Source: Octopus bimaculoides
Lineage: Eukaryota
NCBI RefSeq assembly: GCF_001194135.2
Contig: NC_068988.1
Span: forward strand, 10,531,821-10,592,974
DNA length: 61,154 bases
Direction of reading: 5' to 3'
Part shown: positions 39,961-51,750 of the stretch, piece after piece
Position numbering within the stretch: position 1 is the first letter of the stretch
How the letters are laid out: every line of letters starts with the position of its first letter
Position numbers and translations under genes: made by a program
The notes under the pieces: generated by a model
The model's input: the letters and a program-made list of their open reading frames with translations, nothing else
Told to the model about the DNA's origin: nothing
Database searches by the model: none

Positions 39961-41788
39961 TATTTTTAGTATTGTTGTTGCTTTTGTTGTTGTCGTTGCT
40001 GTTTTTGATGCAATCTCGTCATGTAGTGACCAGTACTTCTTAATATTTTTTCAGTTCTTTATCATACACACATACATCCCCGGGTATGCCAATATCCTTG
40101 ATTTTGTTTTCCTTCGTCATTTATCCACTACAACAATTTCTGCTACAACCATTTGGATGTCATTTCAGGCGCGTAATTAAGAGCTGTATGTCTCCGTAGA
40201 CCCGCACCACACACTAAGTGGCGTGTTTACTGAGAGTTCTGCTCCATTATTTCAATATCTATTCTGTTGCGAATATTTTGTCGGAATCCTGTGATGATTA
40301 TTCTGTTGAGGTAACGAAAACCTGAGCAGTTCAAGTAATATTATGATTTAAATGCTTAGTTGTAACATCTGAATGGCGTCCTTTGGTTTTGTGTTCACAT
40401 TTTCATACTTATAATTTCAGATTGACCTCACTTATAAATATAATTATATTGTGAATGAAGGGAGTTACGAATCAAACTAACAAAGCAATACATTACCCTA
40501 CAGAAGCACATAAGCCGAGATGTAGTTGCTACATTTCTTAAGGTCAAATAGTAGCAGCTTAAGAGAAAGAATGTACTCAGTGGATAAGGCCTATCTAGAG
40601 TTATCCAAAATGATATTTCGGTTTATGATGGAATGCTGTTGATGAATGATTTCCTGAATAAGAATTGATTGCGAACAGCAGTAATAATGCAACATAAAAC
40701 CGAATTTCTGAACGGCTGCGCCTCCTGAAATGCATAGAACGACAGTATTCATTGAAAAAGGATTTAATAGTAACATTAAATTATACATTGCTACAAAACC
40801 TAAACTTAGGAATAAACAAGGCCTTAATACTAATATCTTTGATCATATAAAAACTTCAGTTTGTTACACCAACTTTAAACAACCATGATATAATCCTGTT
40901 TCAGTAACATGCAAGAAATTTCTCGTATTCCATAGAAAATTACCGTCCCACATAGTTCGGTATTTGTGATTTCTATTATAGTATATACAGTGTAACAACA
41001 CGCCAACTCACGTTTCTTATTACAGAATAGCTGCTCAGGATACAATCATAATTCGGAACAATTACAAGCGAGTAAAGTATTAGATCTTTACCTTTAATAT
41101 TCTGCGTATATTCAAAAAGGCATAATCATTGACGGAAACCTATAAATCATAGTGTAATTTGATTGTTTATTGTGAGATGCTAATTATATATTATTGAATA
41201 CTCTATACATTTAATTAAAAGTTAGAGAATATACCATGGCAACAAATCCCCATATCCTCTAAGGGAATGTTTACTGAGGATTTTGTTGAAAAGGGCGTAG
41301 AGACACTTAACACAGAGTAACATATGCGCTGATACACAGGCGCCGGTAATTATTTCCAAGGTTCCATCCGAAAACCGTTTCTCGTGTTCATGTTGGTATA
41401 TGTAAATATATATNNNNNNNNNNNNNNNNNNNNNNNNNNNNNNNNNNNNNNNNNNNNNNNNNNNNNNNNNNNNNNNNNNNNNNNNNNNNNNNNNNNNNNN
41501 NNNNNNNNNNNNNNNNNNNNNNNNNNNNNNNNNNNNNNNNNNNNNNNNNNNNNNNNNNNNNNNNNNNNNNNNNNNNNNNNNNNNNNNNNNNNNNNNNNNN
41601 NNNNNNNNNNNNNNNNNNNNNNNNNNNNNNNNNNNNNNNNNNNNNNNNNNNNNNNNNNNNNNNNNNNNNNNNNNNNNNNNNNNNNNNNNNNNNNNNNNNN
41701 NNNNNNNNNNNNNNNNNNNNNNNNNNNNNNNNNNNNNNNNNNNNNNNNNNNNNNNNNNNNNNNTATATACACATATATATATATATAT

Positions 41789-41834
<46 letters not shown>

Positions 41835-43120
41835 GCGTTATATGCACATATGTATAGGCTATATTATAGCAGGTATGTTACTTATAAAGAGATGAAATCA
41901 TTTCATTTAAAAATATATGATTAGACAGAAATTATCTGCCGCATAAAATCCTGATATTCTGTTGATTTATACCAGTTTACCTTTATTTACAACACAGCTG
42001 CTAGGCTACATGTCTTAATTAGAATGATTCATTTGTGTTCCATGCCAAGGGCCATCAAACACATATCATTTCACTCATTTGTCTTTCTCTATCACCTGCG
42101 TCACATTATTGCTTAGAATCTTTTCTGAATTTAACGACATACTCGCTGATAAATATATATAGAATGAAGATATACATATCCAATCATCTTGTCATTTTTA
42201 CTGTGCTTCATCGGACCCTATGGCGAAGGTGTTCTGGATGTCATCATCCGTTTTCCTTTCCAGCTATATTGGTATTAAAGATGTCATTGCAGAATCGAAA
42301 TCCTCAGCGAAATTAAGATGGTATCTCAATATTTGGAAGAAATTTGGCACTTGATTCTGAGAAATCGTGCGAAAAAAGACATTCTTTAGCTGGGACTATC
42401 ACACTATACCTGTTTATACCGTAACTGACAGAAATATTTGAGTGCAAGTATAGTCTTGTATGTGATACACACCGTACATATTTTTATAACTGCTCCAATA
42501 AGCAATGAATAAACTCTTTATGATGTTCTGACTCAAGTGAAAATATTAATAGAAAAGACATTGTGGGATATCATGTATTATAAATCTTACACGGAGAATG
42601 TAGGACACCGTGTTTTAATATTCCGTGACTTCTTACGCTGACAGAAGGAAAAGTAAGTTTTATACCCAAACGGAAGTCTTGGCATGGCTGTTGTAGTGCA
42701 ATGACATATACTAAGTTTGACTACTCTTGTCTTCATGGTAGCGTCTGATGTTACCGAAGTAAATATGAAACGAAAATTCCGTACATTTTAAGTCACAAGT
42801 CTTCGTTCTATTTTAGGCTATTAAAAAACGACATCAAGTAGTGTGGAACCGAATATGGTAAGCAAAAAGAATCTATACACCCTATTTAGGATTCTGGACG
42901 GTAGAAATTTGCAAAGTTAAACCTACTCCTATGTGTTTATTTTAAACTGCGAGCCACCTGTAGGAATTTTTTATGTTCTCCATCTGAATAAAATAAAATT
43001 CATGCGCCGAAATTTGCACAATTATCGTTTACATAACTGATTCATATGTATATATCTATAATTAAGCAATGTTGCAACATAATTTTCATATTTTATTGGG
43101 CAATATAACGTATGTATTAC

Positions 43121-43124
<4 letters not shown>

Positions 43125-43184
<60 letters not shown>
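43125..43184. repeat. (GA)n microsatellite
   Basis: Read directly. Confidence 0.95.
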
Positions 43185-43188
<4 letters not shown>

Positions 43189-43618
43189 TTTTAGTAAATA
43201 TCTTGTGATATATACATATATACAAACAGACACGCACGCGCCCACAAGGGCATATAGGAGGTGGTATCAACCAGCTTCAGGACTGGTTAAGTTTAATAAC
43301 AAATAACTTATTTAACTAAGTTTTAACATCATCCGCTTCGGACTAGTCACCTTTACACTGGAACCAGCGTTGCTGCCGCTTTTACAATTTCGCTTCGAAT
43401 TGGTTTTCGCTCTTGATCTCCACGGTGGTGTTTACACGGTGACATTTCTAAGCAAGCGAATACTGTTGCCGAATATTCTAATATACCGCATTAATTTATT
43501 AATGAGATTTGTCTGAAAGGTAAAGCAAACTATTTCTCTTCTTCCGATAAGGGAAGTCGTAAATATGATTTAAAAACAAGGTCTGGAGTCATATTTCAAC
43601 CTTATTTTTCAATGTGTA

Positions 43619-43712
43619 TATATATACACAGTTGAAATTTATATATACACAGTTGAAATTTATATATACACAGTTGAAATCTATATATACACAGTTGAAA
43701 TAGTTGAAATTT
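43619..43712. repeat. 21-bp minisatellite, 4 units
   Basis: TATATATACACAGTTGAAAT(T/C) four times, then a partial AGTTGAAATTT. Confidence 0.9.
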
Positions 43713-43724
43713 ACAGAAAAAAAA

Positions 43725-43847
43725 AGATGGAGACAATTGTAAGAACAACAAGCAGGTGTATTAGATTGACGCTCGAGAAGGTGAGGAAGTCCTCTACGTT
43801 TCGAGCCTACGCTCTTAAACAGAAAGGAACACGAGGAAATAAAGAGA
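43725..43847 (-). mobile_element. Penelope-like terminal repeat, copy 2
   Basis: Minus strand TTCCTTTCTGTTTAAGAG-cgtagg-CTC-GAAACGTA...GAGCGTCAATCTAATACACCTGCTTGTTGTT; homologous to 21600-21700. Confidence 0.55.
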
Positions 43848-44789
43848 TATATGTGTGTGTATATATATATGTATGTATATGAAATTCGAAACATTTTGTT
43901 ACATCTAATCAGGCGCTAATGGTACATTATTCATCTATATATTCAAAATTATCTTAGACTCAGAAGATTAGCTCCAATGAACGCAAGAATATAGACACAC
44001 TATAGTTATGCATGTCAAAGTTTGTCCAGTTATAAGTCGCGGCAAATTAAATAAAACAACCAATATTATAGCTAATTATTTTCTTTCCATGCAATATGAT
44101 GACAAAGGTGATTATATATGTTGTTGAATTTGGTGCTGCTCCTCTTTCGCTTCAGGTTTCATTTGATCGCAGACCTAATGACAAATACATTTCGGCAGGG
44201 AGCATCCTGCCTCCCAGAAGTTGTTCAATTTCGATAATGTAATATAGTAATCTTCATTTGTAACACGCTGTTCTTGCGGTGTGAGCGAGCTGCAGAAGAA
44301 GAAATTACATAAGGAATCCATCGTTGGGAAGCTGTTACGTAATTACGCCTACGTATCATTTTCTCACTGTCCTTCAATTTACCTGAACAGATCTATTCTC
44401 ATAAGTATTTGGGCTGCTTAGTTTGAATCCAGACTGATTGTAACCAATTCCGCAACACAGAAAATATTTAATGCAGATCCTGTGTACTTAGTGTAGGAAG
44501 TAAGGTGAGTGATATTTATAGCAAATAGTGTCTATATGCGTGCATTTGTGGAGTAATTATTTTCTTACGACCACGTTCTATTTTCTTTGCTTTCGGGTGT
44601 CATTACTATGTTTTATTTACTCCTTCTACTACTACTACTGCTACCACGATTTATGACCACCTACAGAGCAAGTGACACAAGTACCAATAATTATGGCTTC
44701 CTCACAATAGCTGTTTTGAGTTCCGTATAGATACTTAATTTCTGTGATGCAGAACAACTGGTTGTGCTAGTTAGAATAAATTTCGTTAT

Positions 44790-45400
44790 AGTAAAAGTTT
44801 TCATTTTATACTCGGTCAGCTGATGTCGTTCTACCTCCTACTTTCCATATGTACTTTTTGAACTTCAGATGCAGAATCTTTGAAGTTTTTCCAACATTTC
44901 GCGCAAGCAAGCCATAATGCAGACGGTCATTGTCAGCGTACGCAGACACCGTCACGGCCATAGTGCCAAAAACCAAGCATATCGAGTTGATCGCCTTCGA
45001 AGTATGGGAGTATGAAACAGTGACATGAGCAACAATTAATCAGAATTTTATTGGAGTGCTTCCTAGTATATACAACTGCAAATCTGCGGTATCGGCACCA
45101 TTACAGAGAGGTAGCCAGGCGGATTTTCTAAACAAGTCTGGACTTGTTCGAAGAAAATCTTTTACAAATATCCCGTGCCCGATCATATTTTGACGTCTGG
45201 AAATAATCAAACATCTAGTGCCATATTTGGGAAGCGTCTGATTATCTATTGAATCTGTCGGGAAGACAGCAGCACAGCATTCCGTTGGCCGAGAGGGGCA
45301 GGCGAAAGACGTTTCAGCGTATACAAGACATCAAGAGTTGGTTACAAGCATTTTTTCGAACGGTTAAGCGCTGGTCAACGATTTGAAGATACATTTACGT
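44790..45400 (+). mobile_element. L1/Tx1-like LINE reverse-transcriptase fragment, heavily decayed
   Basis: SAYADTVTAIVPKTKHIELIAFEVWEYETVT*ATINQ from 44933 resembles Tx1 SAYADDVT...YE.VTGAKIN; PVPDHILT follows at 45172. Confidence 0.65.
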
Positions 45401-47623
45401 GGCGAAAAGAAACATTCTATATTCCTGCAAATTCATTCCCTTGAGGTCAGTAATTTTACTAGAGGTCAATCGTGCCAGCAAAATATAGATCGCACACGCA
45501 GGCGTGAATTGAAGTCGTTCCAGCATTCATGATGTCGAGGTGGATTATGTTTAAAAATAGTAAGTTGTTTCGTTTTGTTCCTTATGGGAGAGTAACCCTT
45601 CTCCAGGCAATGAATCTCGCCTCCACTGGACACCGAAAAAGTTAAAGGTTAAATTCATGTCGAAGTATCTTCCTACCTTTGCCATCGTAGTCCTTTATGT
45701 AAGAAAGCAAATATTTAAAAGATTCCAGAGTCCATCGCCTCAGACACTGTTAGAGGCTTCGCTAGTATAATGCTGCAAAGTGATAATGTTTTATCGACAT
45801 GGAAAGGAGGATGAAAAACAATTTTGTCTTCAGTAAAAATTTGAAACCAGATTTTAAAATAAGTATAGATAGTCGGAACACCATACAACAATTTATCGGC
45901 CGCTGTAAGAGCTGAGATAATTCCCCGCCATGTTTAGTTGGAGAAATCAATATTGTTAATGATTTTAGTGTTTTTACTTCCTTTATTATTATTGTTTTAT
46001 CATCATCATCATCATTATTGTTGATTTGATCCGTTGTTGTTGTTATTGCTGCTATTAAGTGATAGCAATCACCGTTACAAATAACAGGAACCACATCGTA
46101 ATAATCAACATCATCATCATCAGCAACACCACCGCAACCGATAGAATTATCAACGTCACCATCAACATCCCACTACCATCACAATTACGATCACCATCGT
46201 CATACTGTTGTTGTTATGCCTACTTGCATAACGACTGTGATATGCTTTTGCGGTTTATTAGATTTTAAACAGGAAACTCATTAGAATAGATTAATAACGA
46301 ATTATTTAGTTATATTTTTATCATATTATTTTATCATATTATTTACTTTCGTTTTTCCACCATATATATATATATATATATATATATANNNNNNNNNNNN
46401 NNNNNNNNNNNNNNNNNNNNNNNNNNNNNNNNNNNNNNNNNNNNNNNNNNNNNNNNNNNNNNNNNNNNNNNNNNNNNNNNNNNNNNNNNNNNNNNNNNNN
46501 NNNNNNNNNNNNNNNNNNNNNNNNNNNNNNNNNNNNNNNNNNNNNNNNNNNNNNNNNNNNNNNNNNNNNNNNNNNNNNNNNNNNNNNNNNNNNNNNNNNN
46601 NNNNNNNNNNNNNNNNNNNNNNNNNNNNNNNNNNNNNNNNNNNNNNNNNNNNNNNNNNNNNNNNNNNNNNNNNNNNNNNNNNNNNNNNNNNNNNNNNNNN
46701 NNNNNNNNNNNNNNNNNNNNNNNNNNNNNNNNNNNNNNNNNNNNNNNNNNNNNNNNNNNNNNNNNNNNNNNNNNNNNNNNNNNNNNNNNNNNNNNNNNNN
46801 NNNNNNNNNNNNNNNNNNNNNNNNNNNNNNNNNNNNNNNNNNNNNNNNNNNNNNNNNNNNNNNNNNNNNNNNNNNNNNNNNNNNNNNNNNNNNNNNNNNN
46901 NNNNNNNNNNNNNNNNNNNNNNNNNNNNNNNNNNNNNNNNNNNNNNNNNNNNNNNNNNNNNNNNNNNNNNNNNNNNNNNNNNNNNNNNNNNNNNNNNNNN
47001 NNNNNNNNNNNNNNNNNNNNNNNNNNNNNNNNNNNNNNNNNNNNNNNNNNNNNNNNNNNNNNNNNNNNNNNNNNNNNNNNNNNNNNNNNNNNNNNNNNNN
47101 NNNNNNNNNNNNNNNNNNNNNNNNNNNNNNNNNNNNNNNNNNNNNNNNNNNNNNNNNNNNNNNNNNNNNNNNNNNNNNNNNNNNNNNNNNNNNNNNNNNN
47201 NNNNNNNNNNNNNNNNNNATATATATGTATATATATGTATGTATATAAATTCCCTTGTTTATTTAATTTATTAAGAATTATGAAATTATATAAGGCAGAA
47301 ATATATTTTATAACTTTATAGTTTTCAGTATAATCAAATTTTATTTATTTAGTTTAAAATGTAATATACTTAACTGCATTCTTCAAATTTTCTGAACAGA
47401 AAAATTCGATAAATATTATGAAGCTAATTATGCAATGCACTATACAAATATGAGAAGTATTTCTTCCTCATCTCTTCAAATATCTCCCGGGTTTGTTTTT
47501 CTATATCTGCAAATTGCCCCTTTCGTTCATCACGCTAACAAAATTTTTATATGGAGGAAAGTAACACAATAATACACCCAAGATTTTCAAGATTTTACCA
47601 ATTTATGCACGTAGAGTATAGTC

Positions 47624-47835
47624 TTTTCTACTACAGGCACAAGGCCCGACGTTTTTGGGTACGGGGCCAGTCGATTACATCGACCCCAACACGCAACTGG
47701 GACTTAAATTTATAGACCCTGCAGGATGAAAGGCAAAGTCAACCACGGCGAAATTTGACAACAAAACGTAAAGACAGATGAAATACAGCTAAGCATTTTT
47801 CTCGGCCTGCTAATGTCTCTGCCAGCTCGCCACTT
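47624..47835 (-). mobile_element. SINE family A
   Basis: Plus strand GTCGATTACATCGACCCC..GGATGAAAGGCAAAGTCAACCACGGCGAAATTTGA..CTGCCAGCTCGCC. Confidence 0.85.
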
Positions 47836-48004
47836 TATATACGCAGGGTATATTGACAAATATACATTTATGAATATATTACAAATACGCTTAAATATAT
47901 GTATACATACACACACACATACGTACATACATACATATATATATACATGTGTGTGTTTTAATCGTTATTATCTTTAACTTGTTTTATATATTAGGGCGAT
48001 ATCC

Positions 48005-48100
48005 TGCTGGGGCCACACCTTGAAGAGTCTATTCGAACAAATCAGCATATGAATTTATTGGTTTGTTTCAAGCCTGTTACTTGTCATTCTTGTACTTTAA
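48005..48100 (-). mobile_element. Degraded SINE family C tail
   Basis: TGCTGGGGCCACACCTTGAAG..TCGAACAAATC..AAGCCTGTTACTT resembles the reverse complement of 33089-33170. Confidence 0.45.
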
Positions 48101-48117
48101 TGCTTGTAAGATATGTA

Positions 48118-49402
48118 TCAGGTCATCCCATAAGTTCTGTCCGATTTTACCTTTTTTAAAATCGAATGAAATTTAATAGTATTTTAGAATGTCTAATGGA
48201 ATTAAAATTATTTTTCTGCATTTGTGTGCGTTTAAACTAATTAAATGTTATTTTACAGAATAATAGAATTAAAATTTCTTTGATTAAAACCCTTTCTAGC
48301 ATGGAAGTATCCAAAGAGCATATGAGGCACATAATGATTTATGAGTACAAAAAAAAAATCTCTGCAGCCGAAGCGACCCAAAACATACACTCAGTTTATG
48401 GGAAAGAATGCTTGAATGACAGAACTTGCAGAAGAAGGTTTTCAAAATTCAGAAGTGGAGATTTCAGCCTTGAAGGTGAAGATCAAATAGGACGTCCAGT
48501 TGAGTTTGATGAGAAGCTCCTTGAGGAATTACTTGAAGAAAATTCTGTATTATCAGTTGAGGAATTCGCAATAAAGCTTAGTTCAAACCATACAACTGTT
48601 CATCGTTATCTTCAACAACTTGGAAAGGTCCATACACTTGGAAAATGGGTGCCTCATGAATAAACCGAAAGCAACCACAAATCCCGTGTTGACATCTGCT
48701 CTTCTCTCCATTCTCGCGAACTCATTCACCCTTTTTGGATAGAATTGTGTGTGGTGGCAAAAATAGTTCTTCATTCGAAATGTTAAACATCGTAAACAGT
48801 GGCTTGGTAAAAGGGAAAAACTCAACCGCAACCGAGAAGGGAACTTCATGGGGAAAAAAGTTTCTTGTCTCTATTGGTGGGATTACAAATGAGTAATTCA
48901 CTTTGAATTGTTTCCACCTAATACAACAATCAATGCTCAAGTGTACTGTCGGCAGTTAGAGCGTTTCAACCAAGCTTTGAAGAAAAAAAAGATCCGCTTT
49001 AGTCAATCGAAAAGGAGTGATATTTCATCAGAAGAATGCGTGACACCACACTGCAAAAATCACATCACAGAAGTTCGAAGAGCTTGATTGGGAAAAAATT
49101 CCTCATCCGCCTTATTCTCCCGACCTTGCTCCTTCAGACTACCATTAGTTTCATAGTTTACGGAAACATTTGGGGGAGATAACTTTCGCAAGCCAGGAGG
49201 AGGTCGAAACAGACATTTCAGAGTTCGTCGCTCTGAAATCAATAGAGTTTTACGTTGCTGGGATTGAATAGCTTGTAAATAGATGGGAGGAATCATAGAT
49301 AATCATAGAAATCACATTAATGATTAAATTTAAATTAAATATAACATTTGATCATTTGTTTTCTTTATTCAAAATTCGGACAAAACTTATGGGATGACCT
49401 GA
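48118..49402 (+). mobile_element. Full-length mariner (DD34D) transposon, 1285 bp, defective transposase
   Basis: 27-bp TIRs TCAGGTCATCCCATAAGTTCTGTCCGA and TCGGACAAAACTTATGGGATGACCTGA (one mismatch), with TA at 48116-17 and 49403-04. ATG at 48301 gives MEVSKEHMRHIMIYEY..GKWVPHE* (stop at 48661); PHPPYSPDLAPSDYH at 49101. Several stops and frameshifts. Confidence 0.97.
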
Positions 49403-49519
49403 TATCAAAATAATTTGTTATAATGTACTATGGTGGTTAAGTTGCTAATCATAGCCAATATTCTTGTACAAGAGACAAAGATGTCAACAGATCAAACATT
49501 TAAATTACTAGAATGGCTA

Positions 49520-49563
49520 CAACAGCAACAATAACAACATCTACTACTACTATTACTACTACG

Positions 49564-49628
<65 letters not shown>

Positions 49629-49632
49629 AATA
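49520..49632. repeat. (ACT)n microsatellite
   Basis: Read directly; source of the poly-Thr ORF. Confidence 0.95.
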
Positions 49633-51659
49633 TTATTACTGGGTGTTGTATTCAGGATTGCACATTCTGATATGAGACTTCATTTACACTGCAACATGTA
49701 GATTAAGACAAACTTAACTGTTGTGTCCGACTTCTCGTTGGTATGAGGGCGTAAATAGATACGGGCGTTCTATATGTATGAAGGTAGAAGTGAATACAAA
49801 GGTCACTTTGTTTAATCGATATAAATCCATATATAATCACCATCCACCGTATCGCTCTTCCTTAACAAGTACTAGATTGTGGCACAACTATGTTTCATAA
49901 TTTCACGTTACAAGTATTCACCCACTGTTTCTGCTATTCATTACAATGATTGTCAGACATAGGTATAGATAATATTGTTTCTAACAAATGGAAATATTAA
50001 TAATCCCCATGTAAATCAATTTCGCAAAATGAAAAAAAATAACAAAAATATATTAAATATCATTAGTATTTAAAAATTACTATTTCCTTTGATTTTCGAA
50101 TTAAAACTCATTTTTCTAAATCTAAATCGTGTTTTTTGACTTAACAAGTGAATTATTTTTTTGTTTAAACACTTAAATACTATACACCTATTATTTAATT
50201 TTTAATTTTCAAAGCTTCACATTAAAAAAAATATAAAAGTTTTCTTTAGTTATCAGTTAGGGAATAGTGTGAAAACACGAGAGAGAGACAGGCAGAGAGA
50301 GGCAAAGAGAAATGACGTCAAATACTTTTAGACTGTTATTTCACAAATAGCATTCATTGTTTATTCATAATACGTGAGTTTAATCATTACCCCACAGAGG
50401 GAATACAGTTCAGTTTTAATTGCATCAACTATTGCGGTTCTAGGTCAAGTGATTTAATAGCATTTATCTTGTTAATAAGCTAAATAACTCATAACAATAT
50501 GTTATTCTTTTCATGTGGTGATCAATGTGCTTGATCTTGTTTTTCAATAGAAACAATCTACATAATTTCATTACTGCTAACAAGTAAATCTATAATATTT
50601 TATGCCACATTTACTCTCCACCTTCGACAATTGTAGGTTTCAAAAGCTAATTATGAATCTATTATTTGTTGAACTTGGCGTGATAGGAAAAGAAGTATGT
50701 GGGTGTATCGAAGATGTGAAGTTAATATTTTCTGCGCACATTCTCTTGTTTTTTTATAATTCAGTCAAAGTTAACTTTCGCTGAACTATAATTGATATTC
50801 GTTACTAGTAAGTCTCCTACCACCAGGATATTATATAACACCAAACAGTAATGCATTATACTTAGTATTCGTTCTGTAATTATTTTTCAATATGCACCAT
50901 GGGGGAGTAGCGTGAGGCATTTTTTTTGATGTGGAAAATGTTTTGTTAACAGATAACATTATTTTCAATTATTATATGAAATATTTCACTGCGATGGGCC
51001 GATATATAGATGTATATATAGATACATACATACATACATACATACATACATGCATACATACAAACATACATACATGTTTATAGATATACGTATGTATATA
51101 TGTATGTTGTATGCATGTGCGTACACATGTATGTACGCATATATGAACGTGCGTATAAAGATTGCGATTGACTTTACCAGTCTGCTGTTTGTTTTATCTA
51201 CGGATTGATAGTGAAACAACCGCAAATAAGTGAGCTGAACGTGTCTTCCTTCGCAATTCAGTATACGCCTAGTCCGAGAATTATAAATGACTAGCGTTAA
51301 ATTGTGTGTGTATGTTAGAGAAGAAAGAAAGAGGGAGGGAACTAGGAGAACATCGGGTTCGTATTTGACTGGTAGAATTATCCTGAATGAATATAAACAG
51401 AATCTTTCATCGGGGAGATTTGAAGTCACAGAAGACAGAACCAAAACTAATAGGAAATATTCTATCCACGGTTTAACGACTTACCAATTCGGTATTAATG
51501 CTTATATATAAAATCACGCTCTCAGACTTTAAGATGCCTTTAGTTTGCAACGTAATTTGAATACTTATTCCTCTTTCAAATCATAGCTGTAAGAACTTCT
51601 AGTATATGTATCTAAAATGCTCTATAGATAGAGCTCACTGGGAAGTTAATGCTGTAGAG

Positions 51660-51750
51660 CTGTGCTTTGGGACCGGGATAAGTACCAGTCATGCACTAGG
51701 ATTAATACCATGGACTAGTCCGCTCACCGCAAATAACAGGCCTATTTACA
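51660..51750 (+). mobile_element. SINE family A 3' fragment, degraded
   Basis: GATAAGTACCAGTCATGCACTAGG matches the family A core-to-tail junction. Confidence 0.45.

Noticed and set aside
48280-48663. 127-aa ORF as an independent or domesticated (SETMAR-like) gene
   Set aside because: It is the mariner N-terminus cut by a nonsense change within intact TIRs; no SET domain or splice evidence.
50986-51444. 152-aa minus-strand ORF
   Set aside because: The C-terminal part is (TATG)n repeat and the rest has no recognisable motif.
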